Assembly: GCA_013265495.1 (NCBI GenBank)
Contig: PNXW01002946.1
Coordinates: forward strand, 1-64,000
DNA from: Vicugna vicugna
Taxonomy: Eukaryota
Reading direction: 5' to 3'
DNA: 64,000 nucleotides
The position numbers and the translations under genes are program-made. Every line of letters starts with the position of its first letter. Positions within the stretch are counted from its first letter, which is position 1. Below the pieces are notes generated by a model that was not told the origin of the DNA, made no database searches, and worked only from the letters and a program-made list of their open reading frames with translations. Below are positions 50,172 to 63,300 of the stretch, in pieces.

Positions 50172-53100
50172 TTGCAGTGTAGGGTCAAAGCCATGATCTC
50201 CCCACAGGAGGCATATGCCTGGCGGCAGATCAAGGACAAGCTGAAGCAGGAGGAGGAGATGCTGTCCCTCATGCAAGACAGCCTGAGAAGAGCGACCAGC
50301 TCACCAAGAACATGGTGTGTATCCTGTCGTCCTTTGAGTCACCTTATGAAGCTGAAGAACTTTATCATCCCTGTGCACAAACAGAGGGAGAACCTGCAGC
50401 AGTGCAGGAGAATGTTGAGAAGATGCTGTCCTGCAAGGACAACGTCATCAGCTACTACCATGTGGCCAGTGACACTGAGAAGATCATCAGCGAGGGCCCC
50501 ACAGGTAGGCTGAAAGAGTATCTGGGAAGCATGGCCAAGATTCAGAGGGCTGTGGAGTATTTCCAGGACAATAGCCCAGACAGCCCAGAGCTCAACAAAG
50601 TGAAGCTGTGGTTTGAGTGGGAGAAGGAGTCGCTGGAGTCTGAGTTCCGAAGCCTGATGACCCAGCACAACAGTCGTGCCCCCTGTGCTCATCCTAGATC
50701 TGACCAGCTGTGAGGACGACCTGGAGGTCCAGGAGGAGGCGCCCCTGGAGCACCTGTCTGAGAGCATGCTTCAGGACATGGTCCGCGTCTCCCACTGGCT
50801 GGTGGAATACGGCCGCAACCAAGATTTTGTGAACATCTACTACCAGATCCGCTCCAGCCAGCTAGATCTCTCCATTAAAGGCCTGAAGGAGCCTTTCTGG
50901 AAGAGCAGTTCCTCTTCTGTGGTTGTCTACTCCTCTGCTAGAGGAGACACACCCACAAAGAGGAAAGACACGCCCACCAAGAAGCCGGTCAAGCAACCAG
51001 GTCACGAACATAATTTCTGAGTAAAGTACCTGTCCGAGGCCCTGAGCAACAAGCATGGGCCGCTGGTCAGGAGAGATGACACGCTGGACGTGGACACCCG
51101 ATGCCTATATTCACTGCATCAGTGCCTTTGTCAAGTTGGCCCAGAGCGAGTACCAACTGCTGACGGACGTCATCCCTGAGCCCCATCAGAGGAAGGCCTT
51201 TGACTCTGTTACAGGATGTGCTGGACGGGCTGATGCTGGAAGGGGAGAACATCATGGCCGCTTCCATAAGGCCATCATCTGACACGACTTCTTGGCAGTG
51301 CTCACTGTCTTCCCCACCATGCAGCACCTCAAGCAGACCAACCCCAAGTTTGACCATGTGCTCCAGGGCATGGCCACCAGCAGCAAGAACAAGTATCACA
51401 GCCTCATCACCTCCATGGGGACTTTTGGAGCCAAAGAGCTTGGAGGACTTCGCCGACAACATCAAGAATGACCTGGACAAGGAGTACAACATGCCCAAGG
51501 ATGGCACCATGCACAAGCTCAGGAGCAATGCCACCCTCTTCCTGCAGCAGCTCCTGAACTTCCAGGGGAAAGCGGGCGCCATGCTGGCCTCCCAAGAGAC
51601 CAGTTCTTCAGCTATCACCTACAACTCCAAGTTCAGCAGGCACCTTCTGAGCATCTATATCTGTAAAGTCCTGGGAAACCTGCGGCTGAACTTGCTGAGC
51701 AAGTCCAAGACGTATGAGGGCAAAGCTGTGAGTGCCATCTTCCTGCACAAGAACTATAACTACATCCTCAATGCCCTGGAGAAGTCTGAGCTGATCCAGC
51801 TCATGGCCGTGACCCAGAATACTGCCAAGCGTTCTTACCAGGAGCACATCGAGCAGCAGATCCAGACCTACCAGCGCAGTTGGTTAAAGGTGACTGACTA
51901 CATCCCTGAGAAGAAGCTACTTCCAACCCGGAGTCAAGCTTTGGGATGAGGAGTGACAGATAATTAAGGAGCGTTTAAGAGCTTCGATGATGGCCTTGAA
52001 GAATTGTGCAAGATCCAAAAGACCTGGGCTGTTCTTGACACAGAGCAGAGGGACAAGATCCACCAAACTCAGAAGAACATTGTAAAGGAGACCTACAGGG
52101 CCTTTCTGCACAGGTTTGGCAGGGTGCCCGTCACCAAGAACCCTGAGAAGTACATCAAGTACTGTATCAAGCAGGTGAGCGACGTGATTGATTGCCTCTT
52201 TGACACCTCGGCCTGAGCCACTGCTGCCCCTACCTGGCCCTGCCAGACCAGCCATATTATGGACCAGATAAACCAGTGTTAATCTGCCTGTAGGCCCGGT
52301 GAGTCTGCCATCCTTTGATACAGTGGTCTTTCTTCACCACCCCATCCAGGAGCCAGGAGCCTTGTCCCTGAGGCCTTGAGCCCTGGTTTGCACTTTCTCT
52401 CACAGCCCATATTCCTCACCAATGTAGTGCTCTCCTGGAACACTGGGGTCCCTTCACATCTGGAGTTTTCCAACCCTGACCACAGCCTGCAGGGGCCATG
52501 TGATGGCTTCAAGATAAGAAGGACAGAGAGGGAAGACAGAGGTCTGTGCCCACAGCTGCCTCTGCGTACAAGAGTAGGAGGGCAGGGCAATCCCATTCCA
52601 GCCCAGCTCAGAGCTAGGGATGGAGAACTCCCCGCTTCAGCCCAGACGTGGGGGTTGGGCTCAGAGGAGCAGACCACACCACAGAGGGCTTGGAGAAAAG
52701 CAAACAAGATTGATCTGCTCTCGGATTCAGTGCAGAGACTCATTTCCCATCACCTGCAGCCCTGAGGTCTGGGTATTCTGTTCCCAAGGAGTCCCTGCCC
52801 ACCACCAATGGCTGGAGCCAGGGTGCTTGCTCCCTATGCTCTCTGGGGTCCAGCACACCCCAGGAGCTCAGAGAAGGAGTTCTGACCACCCTGGGTGGCC
52901 AGACACCCAGGTGCCTATGACCTGGTCCCCAGTGCCTTCTGGCCAGGAGCCAAGCAGCAGTGGTTGCACAAGGCACAGTCAGTCCACGTGTGGGGACTGG
53001 GTGATGAGTGGGCAATGGTCAGACACTTAGGGGCAGAGCTGGGGTCAGGGGCATGAGATGGGGTCCCACCTACCTAGTTTGACAAGAATGAACAGTGAGA

Positions 53101-53212
53101 ACAAGTGTGAAGCATGAGCTCTATGAAAACAGACCACTGAGGCACCCTTAAAAAATAATAATAAGTAAGTAAATAAATAAGTAAATACATACATACATAC
53201 ATACATACATAC
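50172..53212 (+). pseudogene. EXOC7: Processed (intronless) pseudogene of exocyst complex component 7 (Exo70); CDS-homologous part 50193-52216, then 3'UTR and decayed poly(A)
   Basis: Peptides MISPQEA...DKLKQEEE, VISYYHVASDTEKII, AVEYFQDNSPDSPELNKVK, WLVEYGRNQDF, KEYNMPKDGT and KNPEKYIKY...LFDTSA* are spread over several frames, with frameshifts and stops. No introns; A-rich tail from 53150. Confidence 0.97.
53150..53212. repeat. Poly(A)-derived (TAAA/TAAG)n-(TACA)n microsatellite
   Basis: Read directly at the pseudogene 3' end. Confidence 0.9.
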
Positions 53213-55494
53213 AGCCCAGAGAGGAGCTACAGTAGAATGCCACCCAGGCTTATAAAGAGGACTGTATCACATCTGCCTTAGGATTGAATAGCTCTCCAGT
53301 TCCTAGTCTAGTCTCAGGAATTTGAACTGTAGCTAAGAGAACTGTAATTTATTTCTACATTTTAATAATATATTTCACTTTTCCTCCCTTTTCCTGCCCT
53401 TCCTTCCTTCCCTCCCTCCTTCTGTTCTTCCTTTTGCTCATTCTCTATTTTTCTTCTTAAATGAAATTTTATAGAATTTATATTATTCAGGAACAAAAGA
53501 CTCCAGAAACAGAACTGTTTTATTTCATGATGCTCATACTTCTAATTTTAAAACCAACTGCCTTTATTCATATGGAAATTAATAATCTATGTGTGTATAT
53601 ACATGTGCACATATATATATATACACATATATATAAAATAAAACATATAGTTTCAAGTTGCAGCCATTATATTTTTCAGACATCAAATACTGAAATAAGA
53701 AATCCTACCATAGAGTCAGAACACTTCCTCAACATTAAAAATATCAGGCTAAGTTCAGTAGCACAATCTGCTGACAAACTTTGAGGAAGCTGAAAAGGCC
53801 AATGTCTGACACTTGTCATGTAGAGAACTGATTTAGTCTTTGCTTTTCTTAGCGGGTGTTGACATTCTCATTTTTATTAGTAATTTGATGAAAACACACT
53901 GGATGTCCTTTCACGCATGTTGATGTATGGCCTTTTTCCGAGACTTTATCCTTTCTCCCCAAACAGGATTTGAGAAGCTATAAGCTACTGCCCAATTTCA
54001 GTTTTCTCTTTTGTGGATCTGTCCCTGAGGCAGCATGACAGTTCTGCTGAAATTAAGCCAGTGCATCTCAGATGATCACACACAGGGTAGTCTGTCTGCT
54101 GCTTTCACTTTCCTAACATCCTTGATGATGTGAAACTTTTATGTTGTATTAGGAGTACCTTCTGTCTAAGTGCCTGTGGCTTCCCTATTTCACCTCATCC
54201 TTCCACAGCTTTTTGGTATTCTCTCCTGCTGTAACTGCTGATTTTACTTACAAAAAAAAAAAAAAATCCCCACTACCTGGAAATCTTTTCTTCTAATCCT
54301 GTTGCTAAGTGATTCACCTGAACAGCATGGACCTTATCTTTTTTCATCTTTGTATTCTCTGTATTTTGTAGAAATATTTTGTATAAAAAGTGGCACAAAA
54401 TAAATGTTTGGTATATTTAAATGAATTCTAGATTTTGAATATGAAGGGAGAGCAAGCATGTTTCTCCCCAACTTCTTTTCTATCCAATGAAATTTTGTAG
54501 TGAGGAACAAAGATGATTCTGGATTCTTTGAGATTCAAGATTCTTTCTTATGTATGTCTCATGGTCATCTAGTTAATGAATGAACAAGTTGATAGACTGT
54601 AAATATAAACTAGAAAATATTAGAGGAACAAAACACTAATTCTGTGAGACAGTGTGATCAACTAAACAAAGATTAGAAAGTTAGAAAACAGATATTAAAT
54701 CAGATCTTGACAATAAACTGTAGTGGATTTTGTCTTGATGAACCCCCGTAACATCGATATACTCCATACAATTTAAAACCTTGCCAGAAAAAATAATCCC
54801 ACTAAAATTTCTGAGGTCTACTCCCTCTTATAGAATAATTCCCTTTATACTAAAGTGTATTCTTCTCATAAAAGGCACTTCTACAGACTCCCTTCAGCCT
54901 CACAGAAAAATCATACTTTGCGGTTTCAACTTCTTTACTATCTACTTAGAGAGGTTGGTTATACTTGTCTCTTAAGTGAAAATCAATATTCAAGTGCACT
55001 CTGAAAATTTCCCTGGCTTCTGCAACCTTAGTTCAAAACAAAACAAAACAAAACAAAAAATCTTCTCCATATAAGGTGTCTCTTGTTTCTTTTCCCAGGG
55101 TCACTCACCACTCTGATTCAAAAAGAAAAAAAAATTAGTCTGGAAACAGTTGATTATATATGAAGTATAGGGAACTTAGTTATGATGTTATTGTCACTTA
55201 ACCAATGAAACTTTGCCTCTCAATTTCCCAATTTTCTTATAAGCAAGGCTGAAACAAACAAGCTTTGTTATCATAACTTACTCTGTTATAATGTGTACTA
55301 TGTTGTACTCTGTTGTACTATGTGTTCCGTGTGGGAGAATAAGAAGAAAATCTTAACAAAAGGATTTTTTCCAGGTCTCAAATAATAGATATTCCCCAAT
55401 GATTTCACTTTCTTTAGGCCTTAAGATTGAAGCATGTGTCCATGTGATAAAAGGTGGGGAGTCTACTATGATGGTCTTCAACAAAGAAAGCATT

Positions 55495-55690
55495 TAAAGA
55501 CAGATGCATTCTAGAATCCAGACTCTTCCACTGGCTGTGACCCTCAGAGAGTTCTTCAACTTCTCTCTTATTTCCCTGTAAAATAACAGTACTTATAATT
55601 TTATTATAAAAGTTAAATAAAATAATGCACAAATACCCTTTGCAAAGTTCCTGGTATGTCATACTCAGTAAAGGATACCTATATTTATCA
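55495..55690 (+). mobile_element. MIR SINE
   Basis: TTCTAGAATCCAGACTCTTCCACTGGCTGTGACC...CTGTAAAAT...CCTGGTATG...CTCAGTAAA. Confidence 0.7.
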
Positions 55691-55949
55691 TTTATAAAGC
55701 AAAATAACTATTATCTGAAGTAATGAAATTTGCTGTGTGAGTCTCTAGATAATACTTGAGTAACTTTCTTAATCCAGAATAATCACATCTCTTGATAGGT
55801 CTTCTTGATCTCACTCATTTTGAAATGTACTCAAATGTTAGTCCTAGAAATTATTTACTTACTATCATTAGTATGTAATTAAAGATAATCCATATATATG
55901 GGTCACATAAAAAGGAGAAATGTGAAGTAGAAAACAAAATGGCAATTCA

Positions 55950-56310
55950 ACCATATACTATCACTCACATGTGGAATCTAAAAAAAGAAAAAAGACACTA
56001 ATGAACTCATCTACAAAATAGAAACAATCTCACAGACATAGTAATCTTATGGTTACTGGGGGAAAAGAAGATGGAAAGAGATAAATTTGGAAGTTCAAGA
56101 TTTGCAAATATTAACTACTGTGTATAAAAATAGATAAAAAACAAATTTCTTCTGTATAGCATAGAGAGCTAGATTCAATATCTTGTAGTAACATTTAATG
56201 AAAAAGAATATGAAAACAAATATGTGTATATATATGTATGATTGGGACATTATGCTGTACAACAGAAACTGACACATTGTAACTGTCTATACTTTAATAA
56301 AAAAAAAGAA
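55950..56310 (+). mobile_element. 5'-truncated L1 3'UTR with TSD
   Basis: TCACTCACATGTGGAATCTAAAA...ACTTTAATAAAAAAA; TSD AAAATG(G/T)CAATTCA at 55936-55949 and 56311-56324. Confidence 0.88.
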
Positions 56311-56569
56311 AAAATGTCAATTCACTTGACTTCCGGAGGCAAGTTTCTATATTTGTAAAATACAGCAGTCATTGTTTTAGCATTAGAATGACAGAAAAAA
56401 TAGTCAGGAACAGATTTATTTATGTCCATCCTAAAGCAGTCTACTATGTATGCAGAGATACATTAGATTTTTAGAGTTAACTATGGCAATATTATGATGT
56501 AGGGAAAGAATATTAAATGTGCAGCAAAAATATGAAAACCAGTCTTCAATTTTTTCATACTTCAAAGGG

Positions 56570-57345
56570 AGAAATTTGTTTGAGAAAGTGAGGTCTTTGT
56601 TGGTTCTAAAGAATGAGCTAGAACTGGCAGGAAGAAAGGTAGGAATGCATGCCTAAAAGATGAATCAGCACAAACAAGACTCTGTGGCTAGAAGGAGCAA
56701 GACACGTTTTACAAACACAGAGTCTGTACCTCTGAAGTTCAGAAAAAGGAAAGAAAGTATGGAGTATGATGAGGTTGAAAATGTAAGTGTAGGCCAAGGC
56801 CTTGCTAGATATTAGGTCTTCTCACAATCAGTGGAAAAGATTGAAGAGTATTGAGCAAGAAAATGAAATGATCAGGTTAAGTTAAAAGTACAGAATAAAT
56901 TATAAAAGGGCAAGAGAAAATGCAAAGAGATTACTTGGGACACAATATCAGTAAATTATGTGAAAAGTGAAGGTAACTCATACAAGAACAAGAGTACTAT
57001 ATAGGTAGATTAGATTTCCTGACTCTTTACTCAGTTACCTATTAAATGTTCCCTGCTGAATGGGTTCTAACTGATGGCACTTGAACAAACGTGATATGAG
57101 ACATTTCCAAGATTAGCTCTCACCCTTTCACCAGCTTAAGGCAAAGCCATATGCCAAAAGGAGCTCACATCTCACAACTACTATATGAGAGGGAGCCGTC
57201 CACCAACCAGGTGTATCTTATGTCTGAAATAAGTATTTTTTAAGTGGCTTGAGCTATTACACATTAGGGGGCTATTTGTTACATTAGCAAATGCTCTCAG
57301 TAATACATCTATTTAGTGAACAGAATAGGCAGGACTCACCAGTTG
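56570..57345. mobile_element. L2-like relic interrupted by an MLT1-type LTR fragment (about 57010-57307)
   Basis: MLT1-like 3' end GGGGGCTATTTGTTAC...TAATACA; purine-rich L2-like flanks. Confidence 0.5.
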
Positions 57346-57404
57346 TCTGGGTGGCCTTGGCAGGATTGGGTTATGTGTGCTGAGGGACACATAACAGACA
57401 GATG

Positions 57405-57640
57405 ATGATGAGGGCTCTGGAGTCAAATTGCTTGGGTTCATAGCTCATCTCAGCAACTTCTTAATTATGTGACCTTGGGCAAGTTGCAAAATCTCTCTCT
57501 GAATCACTCTGAGTCTTCAAATTCTGACTACAATTAATAATCCAGATTATGGAGTGGCAAAAAAATATGGGAAATTATATAAATAAACTGATAGGAATAT
57601 CAGATATACAGAAAGTATACTATAAAAGATGCTATTATCA
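57405..57640 (+). mobile_element. MIR SINE
   Basis: GGGCTCTGGAGTCA...TGGGTTCA...TGTGACCTTGGGCAAGTT. Confidence 0.8.
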
Positions 57641-57699
57641 TTTATATCAATATATTAATGTTTTATTAATATAACATACTGATTTATTAGACATTATTA

Positions 57700-58210
57700 G
57701 AAATTTTCTCTTTAATCCAGGAATCATTTTATTGTATTTTATTTTATAGATATATAGTTTATGATAGTTTTAAATTTATCTTTTCTTATTGATATCTAGT
57801 ATTTTATATTTGGTCATAAAACATTTTATGATATTGTTTTTTAGGACTTTATTTAAGGTTCTTTTTGGATACCATTGTGACTTACTTAAATTTGTCAAAT
57901 TCCAAGCAAACTCAATAAGAAATGTATACTCATATTGTTGGTAACTATTGATTCTAGCTAATTATTAAATTATCCAGATCTTCACTATTTTTGCTTATCT
58001 TTTGTTGGCCAAATCTATCCTTCTTTAAGAAACATATGATAAAATTCTAACCACACTGATGAATTACATTGCTTTTCTCAATATATATATTCATAGTCAT
58101 TGTATTTTATTCAGCAGATCTTTCTTTCACTAATATTTAAAATCTCTCTTTTTCATGATAACTTTTTTCTTGAATTCTGTTTTTCTTGCATATTAATTTG
58201 TTACCCCAGG
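57700..58210 (-). mobile_element. Very old L1 fragment
   Basis: T-rich decayed antisense ORF2 endonuclease-like sequence. Confidence 0.5.
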
Positions 58211-60679
58211 TAACATCCTGCAGGGATGAGAGGATGGGGCAAGATATAGCTCAGTTCTTAAAGCATCTCTCACACACTCACATCAAGACATGCTACATAC
58301 CTATGCATTCTGCCTAGCATGCCTAGCAGGGCTCTCTGTACTTCCACTGCAGCTTTTTCCTTTGGTTGTATGGTCCCATGGTGATGGTCTCAGGATGGAC
58401 CTGGAAGGACAGACTTACTGCTGCTTTTTTTTTTTTAAGGGAGCCTAATAAATGTAGTAATGGAGTTCCCTACTGAATCCACCATTCAGATAGTTTCCAA
58501 CTCTTCCAATTCTCAGTGAAAGGGTGAAAAATTAGGGACTTGTAATATGAGGACCCTAAGTTTGCACAACAAAACGACTCTTCCAAGTTGCCAATATGCA
58601 ACACTGGACCCGACACTGCTCTAAGCTGCTTTTTTCTACCACTCTGAGAATTCCATTTCCTTAGAACTTTTTTCAAAAATTTTATGAGTATCTCAATTCT
58701 GTCAGTCTCCCTTCTTTGGCATCTCTAGAGTTACATTTCAGAGAGAGAGTATTATCAGCCCACATTAGTTTGTCATCTTATTAAGAACTAGAAGTCAATT
58801 TTGATATACTGTAGAAATCTAATTCTTCAAACTGACAAAATTGATATTTAAATCAGGCTATTGTAATAATCCTCAAGCAGATTGCACTGCAGGTGTCTAA
58901 AAAATCTTATAAATAACCTTTTCTAACAAGCATTATGCTGTGTATCATCTAAAATGAGAAAGTAATGATACGTGCTTTTAAAAGTACACATTTAACTAAT
59001 ACTCAGGTGAAATACACACAAATACCAGGCTTAAAGTCAGATGTTGGCAAGTATTTGGGTTACTATTAGACCTCAGGATACAGGGACTTTACTGTTATTG
59101 TTTCTGATTAATTCAAACTTATTACTCAAACAAATACGCAAAATAAAAATAAAAACAAAATGAGAACAAAAGACAGTGAAGAACCTAAAGAAATTTATGT
59201 AGGTGCACAGATTATTCTCTGATAAGCCAGATATAAAGAGATATATGTAAGACAGCAGTTGTAATGTACAATCAAGGAAAAATTAAACAATAGTATGAAT
59301 TTTAAGAACAGATTCAGGATAATCTGAATCTAAAATAACAGAAGTTTGTAGTGAATGCTAAAATCCTTTAAAGAGTGCCTTTTGTGACACATGTTTATGG
59401 AATAAAAAGTCATAGGAGAATAAGAAGGAGAAGGACAAAAAGTGAAAGAAGGGGAACTAGAAGGTCTAAGACCATTGCTGAGACAGATAATATCTCACTT
59501 GAAGATCATACAGAAAGAGTAAAAGCATTCACCTTCAAATCTTACTTTGTATTATCTATCAAGGACACTGTTTTCAAAATGGAAAAACTAGAAAAAAACA
59601 TGAACAAAGGAAGTGAAATCCCCAAATGTGTGAGGAGATTCATTTCTCTGGATCTAGATGAACTTCAATTCAAAGCATGAAAAATCAACAAAAATCAGCT
59701 ACATCTAGACTACTCTATATGACTGAGTAAATTGTATAGTATTTGCAGATCTGGAAGCTCTTTCACAAGAAAGACTGGTCAGATGGAGAAATCATGATTG
59801 CTCCTAACTTGAGAGACCTGGAATATTAGTAGTGAAGTGGTGGTGATGGATGGGTGGGGACAAGAGCCCTGACAAACATGTTTCAGTAAAAAGGTTTCAT
59901 TTTTGTCAGTTTCTAAGTCAATAAATATTTGTTGAATGTCAGTCACAATTTCATTTTTTTAAGACTTCAAATAAAAGTATCACTATAAATAAAGTCAGTG
60001 ACATTTCTTCCATGTGCCAAACTTAGTAATAAAATTTTGTTTCTATTTCAAATACCTCACAATTAGTGAAAAGAGAAAAAAATAAGTATAAAACAGAGAG
60101 ATAAACAATGCATGAATGACACCTACATAGGATACTTTGAGCATATATTTTAAATATTCTACACATCCTGGGGAGCTAATGAATTATTTTAAGTAAAAAA
60201 TTCTGAAAAAATAACTGGAGGCATTGTGGAAATTAAGGCTAAATGTCATTTTCAGCTCAGAATATAGGATAAGTTTGTTGTTGTTGTTGTTGTTTTCTAT
60301 CAAAGAGGTTCTACAGGAGTTTAGCAAAACTTTGAAATACCTACTCAATTCTTAATTAATTTTGGATTATTAAAATAGATTATAAATTAACTGTGATTAA
60401 GAATTTGGCTCCCTTCACAGACAACTGACTCTCTATTCTTTTCATTCTAAAGGTTTTTCCCTTGGATGTTGATAACCCCTAAATCATTTGTTCGACACCG
60501 AGAACTCTCCTAAAATAAAAACCTATATATACAACTTTTCCTGAACATTTCCAGTTAGATGACTTCTAAATCTCTAAAACCCAAGAATTTCCAAATTGAA
60601 GTCATCATCATCTTTTAAAAAAAACTCCTTCTTCTATAGTTTTTTATTTGGTTTGTTTGTTTGTTTGATTGTTAATTAT

Positions 60680-61015
60680 GTTTACTCTAATTCTTGGATA
60701 GATACTATTTATTATGTTAAGTGTGTTCTCTTTAATTCCAGCATTGTTGAGAATTTTATGATTCAGTATCACGATTGAATGCTGAGTTTATAGCAAATGT
60801 TTTTCTTCACCTATTGAATTGATTGTGTAGTTTTCTTCCTTTAATCTGTTTTGCTGGGTCAAATTAGTCATAATGAATTTTCCTTTAGCTATCCTGCTAT
60901 ATTTAGTACTTTGTTTAGGATTTTTGCATTTTTGTTTATGAATGAATCAGGCTTTTAATTTTTCCTTTCTTATGGTGACTGTCTAGTTTTGATGTGAAGA
61001 TTAGTAGAATGAGTA
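60680..61015 (-). mobile_element. Very old L1 ORF2 fragment
   Basis: TTGAGAATTTTATG...CAAATGTTTTTCTTCACCTATTGA...TTTAGGATTTTTGCAT. Confidence 0.65.
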
Positions 61016-63014
61016 ATACTGCTATCTAACCTAGCTAGAAACAAGAATTAGTTAGAAATCTGTCTCTTTTGTCCCCTACTTCTGGCCAAGCACTACCTCT
61101 CCATTAACTTTTATTAACTATTTACTATTGTTTTAGGCACAGAGGATATTTCTTAATTAATTTATTTGTGAACATCATAATACACCGTGAGCAGATTTCC
61201 TTTGCAGAATGCAACCATTCTCAGTAAACACTTTACCTATTAGGAAGAAAATAATTTTAGTATTTTCCACACAAATATATTACTCTAATATATGTGACCT
61301 GCACTTAGGTAAAAGTTTGAGAGCATTTGCTCTATCTGTGCACACAATGGAAGTAAAACTCACATGAGAAAAATAAATTCACAGCATGTGGTGTCATGAT
61401 ACATTAAAATAATTTTTATGACTCATTGTATTCACTAATTGTTTAAAATATTATAAAGTAAAATGTCTGTAATAAAGTTATACTTAAATTATGATTATTA
61501 TCAGCTTTCTATAATCGAGGTTTTCTATAGGTATTATTTACAAGGAAGTTTCTTTGTTTTATAAAAGATTACCATCTATATATTATTGAATAAAATTTAT
61601 GAGTCCTGAGATATCATTCATAATGCAAATTTGCTTAAAATTATTTTTCAGTTATATGTGTTAAATGTCTTGATGTTTCTGTGTTCTCAATATGATTATT
61701 CTATTGATACAAATTAGTCTCAGTGATGAGGATGCTTTATCAAAGTCAACTTAGAGTGCAATTGAAATGACCAGGTTCAAGCATTTCCTCTGCCTGTTAA
61801 GGCATCATTCCATACTTGAGACTCAGGTTCAAAGATTCACTTGATATGCTGACTATTTAACAGGTGAGGAAAACTATAAAAAAATTGTCAACATGTAGTG
61901 TTCCACATTATCCACCATTTTGTAAAAAAAAATAAGCTTTCTAGTTTGCTTAAAACTACTATATTAAAAATTACATAATGATGATGAAGTGACAATTTTA
62001 TTCCAGTAAGACATACAGAGCAGGAACTAACTCAGCTGAGAGAGAATGAAAGGGAAAGAGAAAGAGGAGAGGTAAGTCCAGACTTATATTTGCAGACACT
62101 TGGAGAAGGAAAAATATTTCTGAAGCTGAATGTTCTTAAAAATTATGTTTAGTTATTGGCATAACTGTAACAACTACAATGGTCTCTTCTTAGGGTTAAT
62201 TTTAAAGAGAGTTACTTTTGGATTTTGATAAAAATGTGTCATTTTTCATACATTGAATCTATTCGTAAGTAAAAGAATATTGCTTTAAATTCTATGATTT
62301 CTATTAACTTAATCACTAAATTAATTAAAATCATGAAGAAGTATATGTATTATTGAACTTAGAAATATGTTGTATTACTGGGAATATAATCTAGATTAGA
62401 TATACTCTAGAAAATTTAACATCTAAGTAATGTTATTTTTTTCAATTATTTTCTTTCCTTTCTTTCCATATTTTTCCTAACAGTTCTGTAAAAATTCACC
62501 CACTCCCTTCCTATTAGTGTTCATCACATTATAGCAACAATTATGCAGAGAATAAAAGCAAAACAAAGTAAGACTCGTGTTGCTTACAACATAAGAGACC
62601 TATATCTTATGAAATCAGAAAGGAAAAAGAATCATTTAATTCTACCCTTCTAGACAGTGGTGTCTATTACCTTACATTTATGTAAAAGAGTCACTCAAGT
62701 GAGTCTTTCATGAACAAAGATGATTCTACTCCAAGACATTGGAATTGATATCTACCAACAAACAAATAAATGGTCACGACTAACAATTTTTGCATGACTA
62801 TGACCATCTTTGAAAAAAAGAAAGAAAAGTTCAAACTAATTTTTTAAATGGAAATATTCAAATGTTTCCAGCACATTAGTGTGTCAATTCTACATGGATT
62901 GAAACGATGAGGCATGTAAGGTTCAGACTGCTTAACTCCAATTTACTATCTTTTATGCTTGATATTCTACAAGACAATAACATAGTCAAGACAATTGATA
63001 TAAGAAATGCATGT

Positions 63015-63300
63015 AATTAACCAATATTTTTGAGCAAACCTTAGGTACAAGGCACTGTGCTAGACATGGAAATATAAGAGTTACCAGAACAGCAGTGCTG
63101 CTGCTGTTATAGATTTAAATAGGAGGTCATCAAACAGTATATCACATAGTAAATATTAAAACACATCTGTGATAAATGCCTACTAGAAATAAGCAATGAA
63201 ATAAGACCCTATAACAAGATCAGTTCTAATTTAAGGCTCAGATTAGACTTCCTGAGGAAGTTACTTTGTATCTAAAATTTGAAGAATGACAATAAATAAA
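63015..63300 (-). mobile_element. L2 3' end relic
   Basis: ATATTTTTGAGCA...AGGCACTGTGCTAG. Confidence 0.65.

Noticed and set aside
51200..51949. 249-aa ORF as a functional EXOC7 retrogene
   Set aside because: It drifts out of and back into the EXOC7 frame, and the rest of the CDS has many frameshifts and stops (e.g. TGA at 51018).
50339..52255. Minus-strand ORFs over the pseudogene
   Set aside because: Antisense shadows of GC3-rich coding sequence.
59375..59680. 101-aa Arg/Lys-rich ORF
   Set aside because: Non-ATG start, purine-rich low complexity, no recognisable homology or splice support.
61740..62080. Plus-strand splice donors (CAG|GTGAGG at about 61863, GAG|GTAAGT at about 62071)
   Set aside because: No convincing paired acceptor or recognisable reading frame; compatible with chance.
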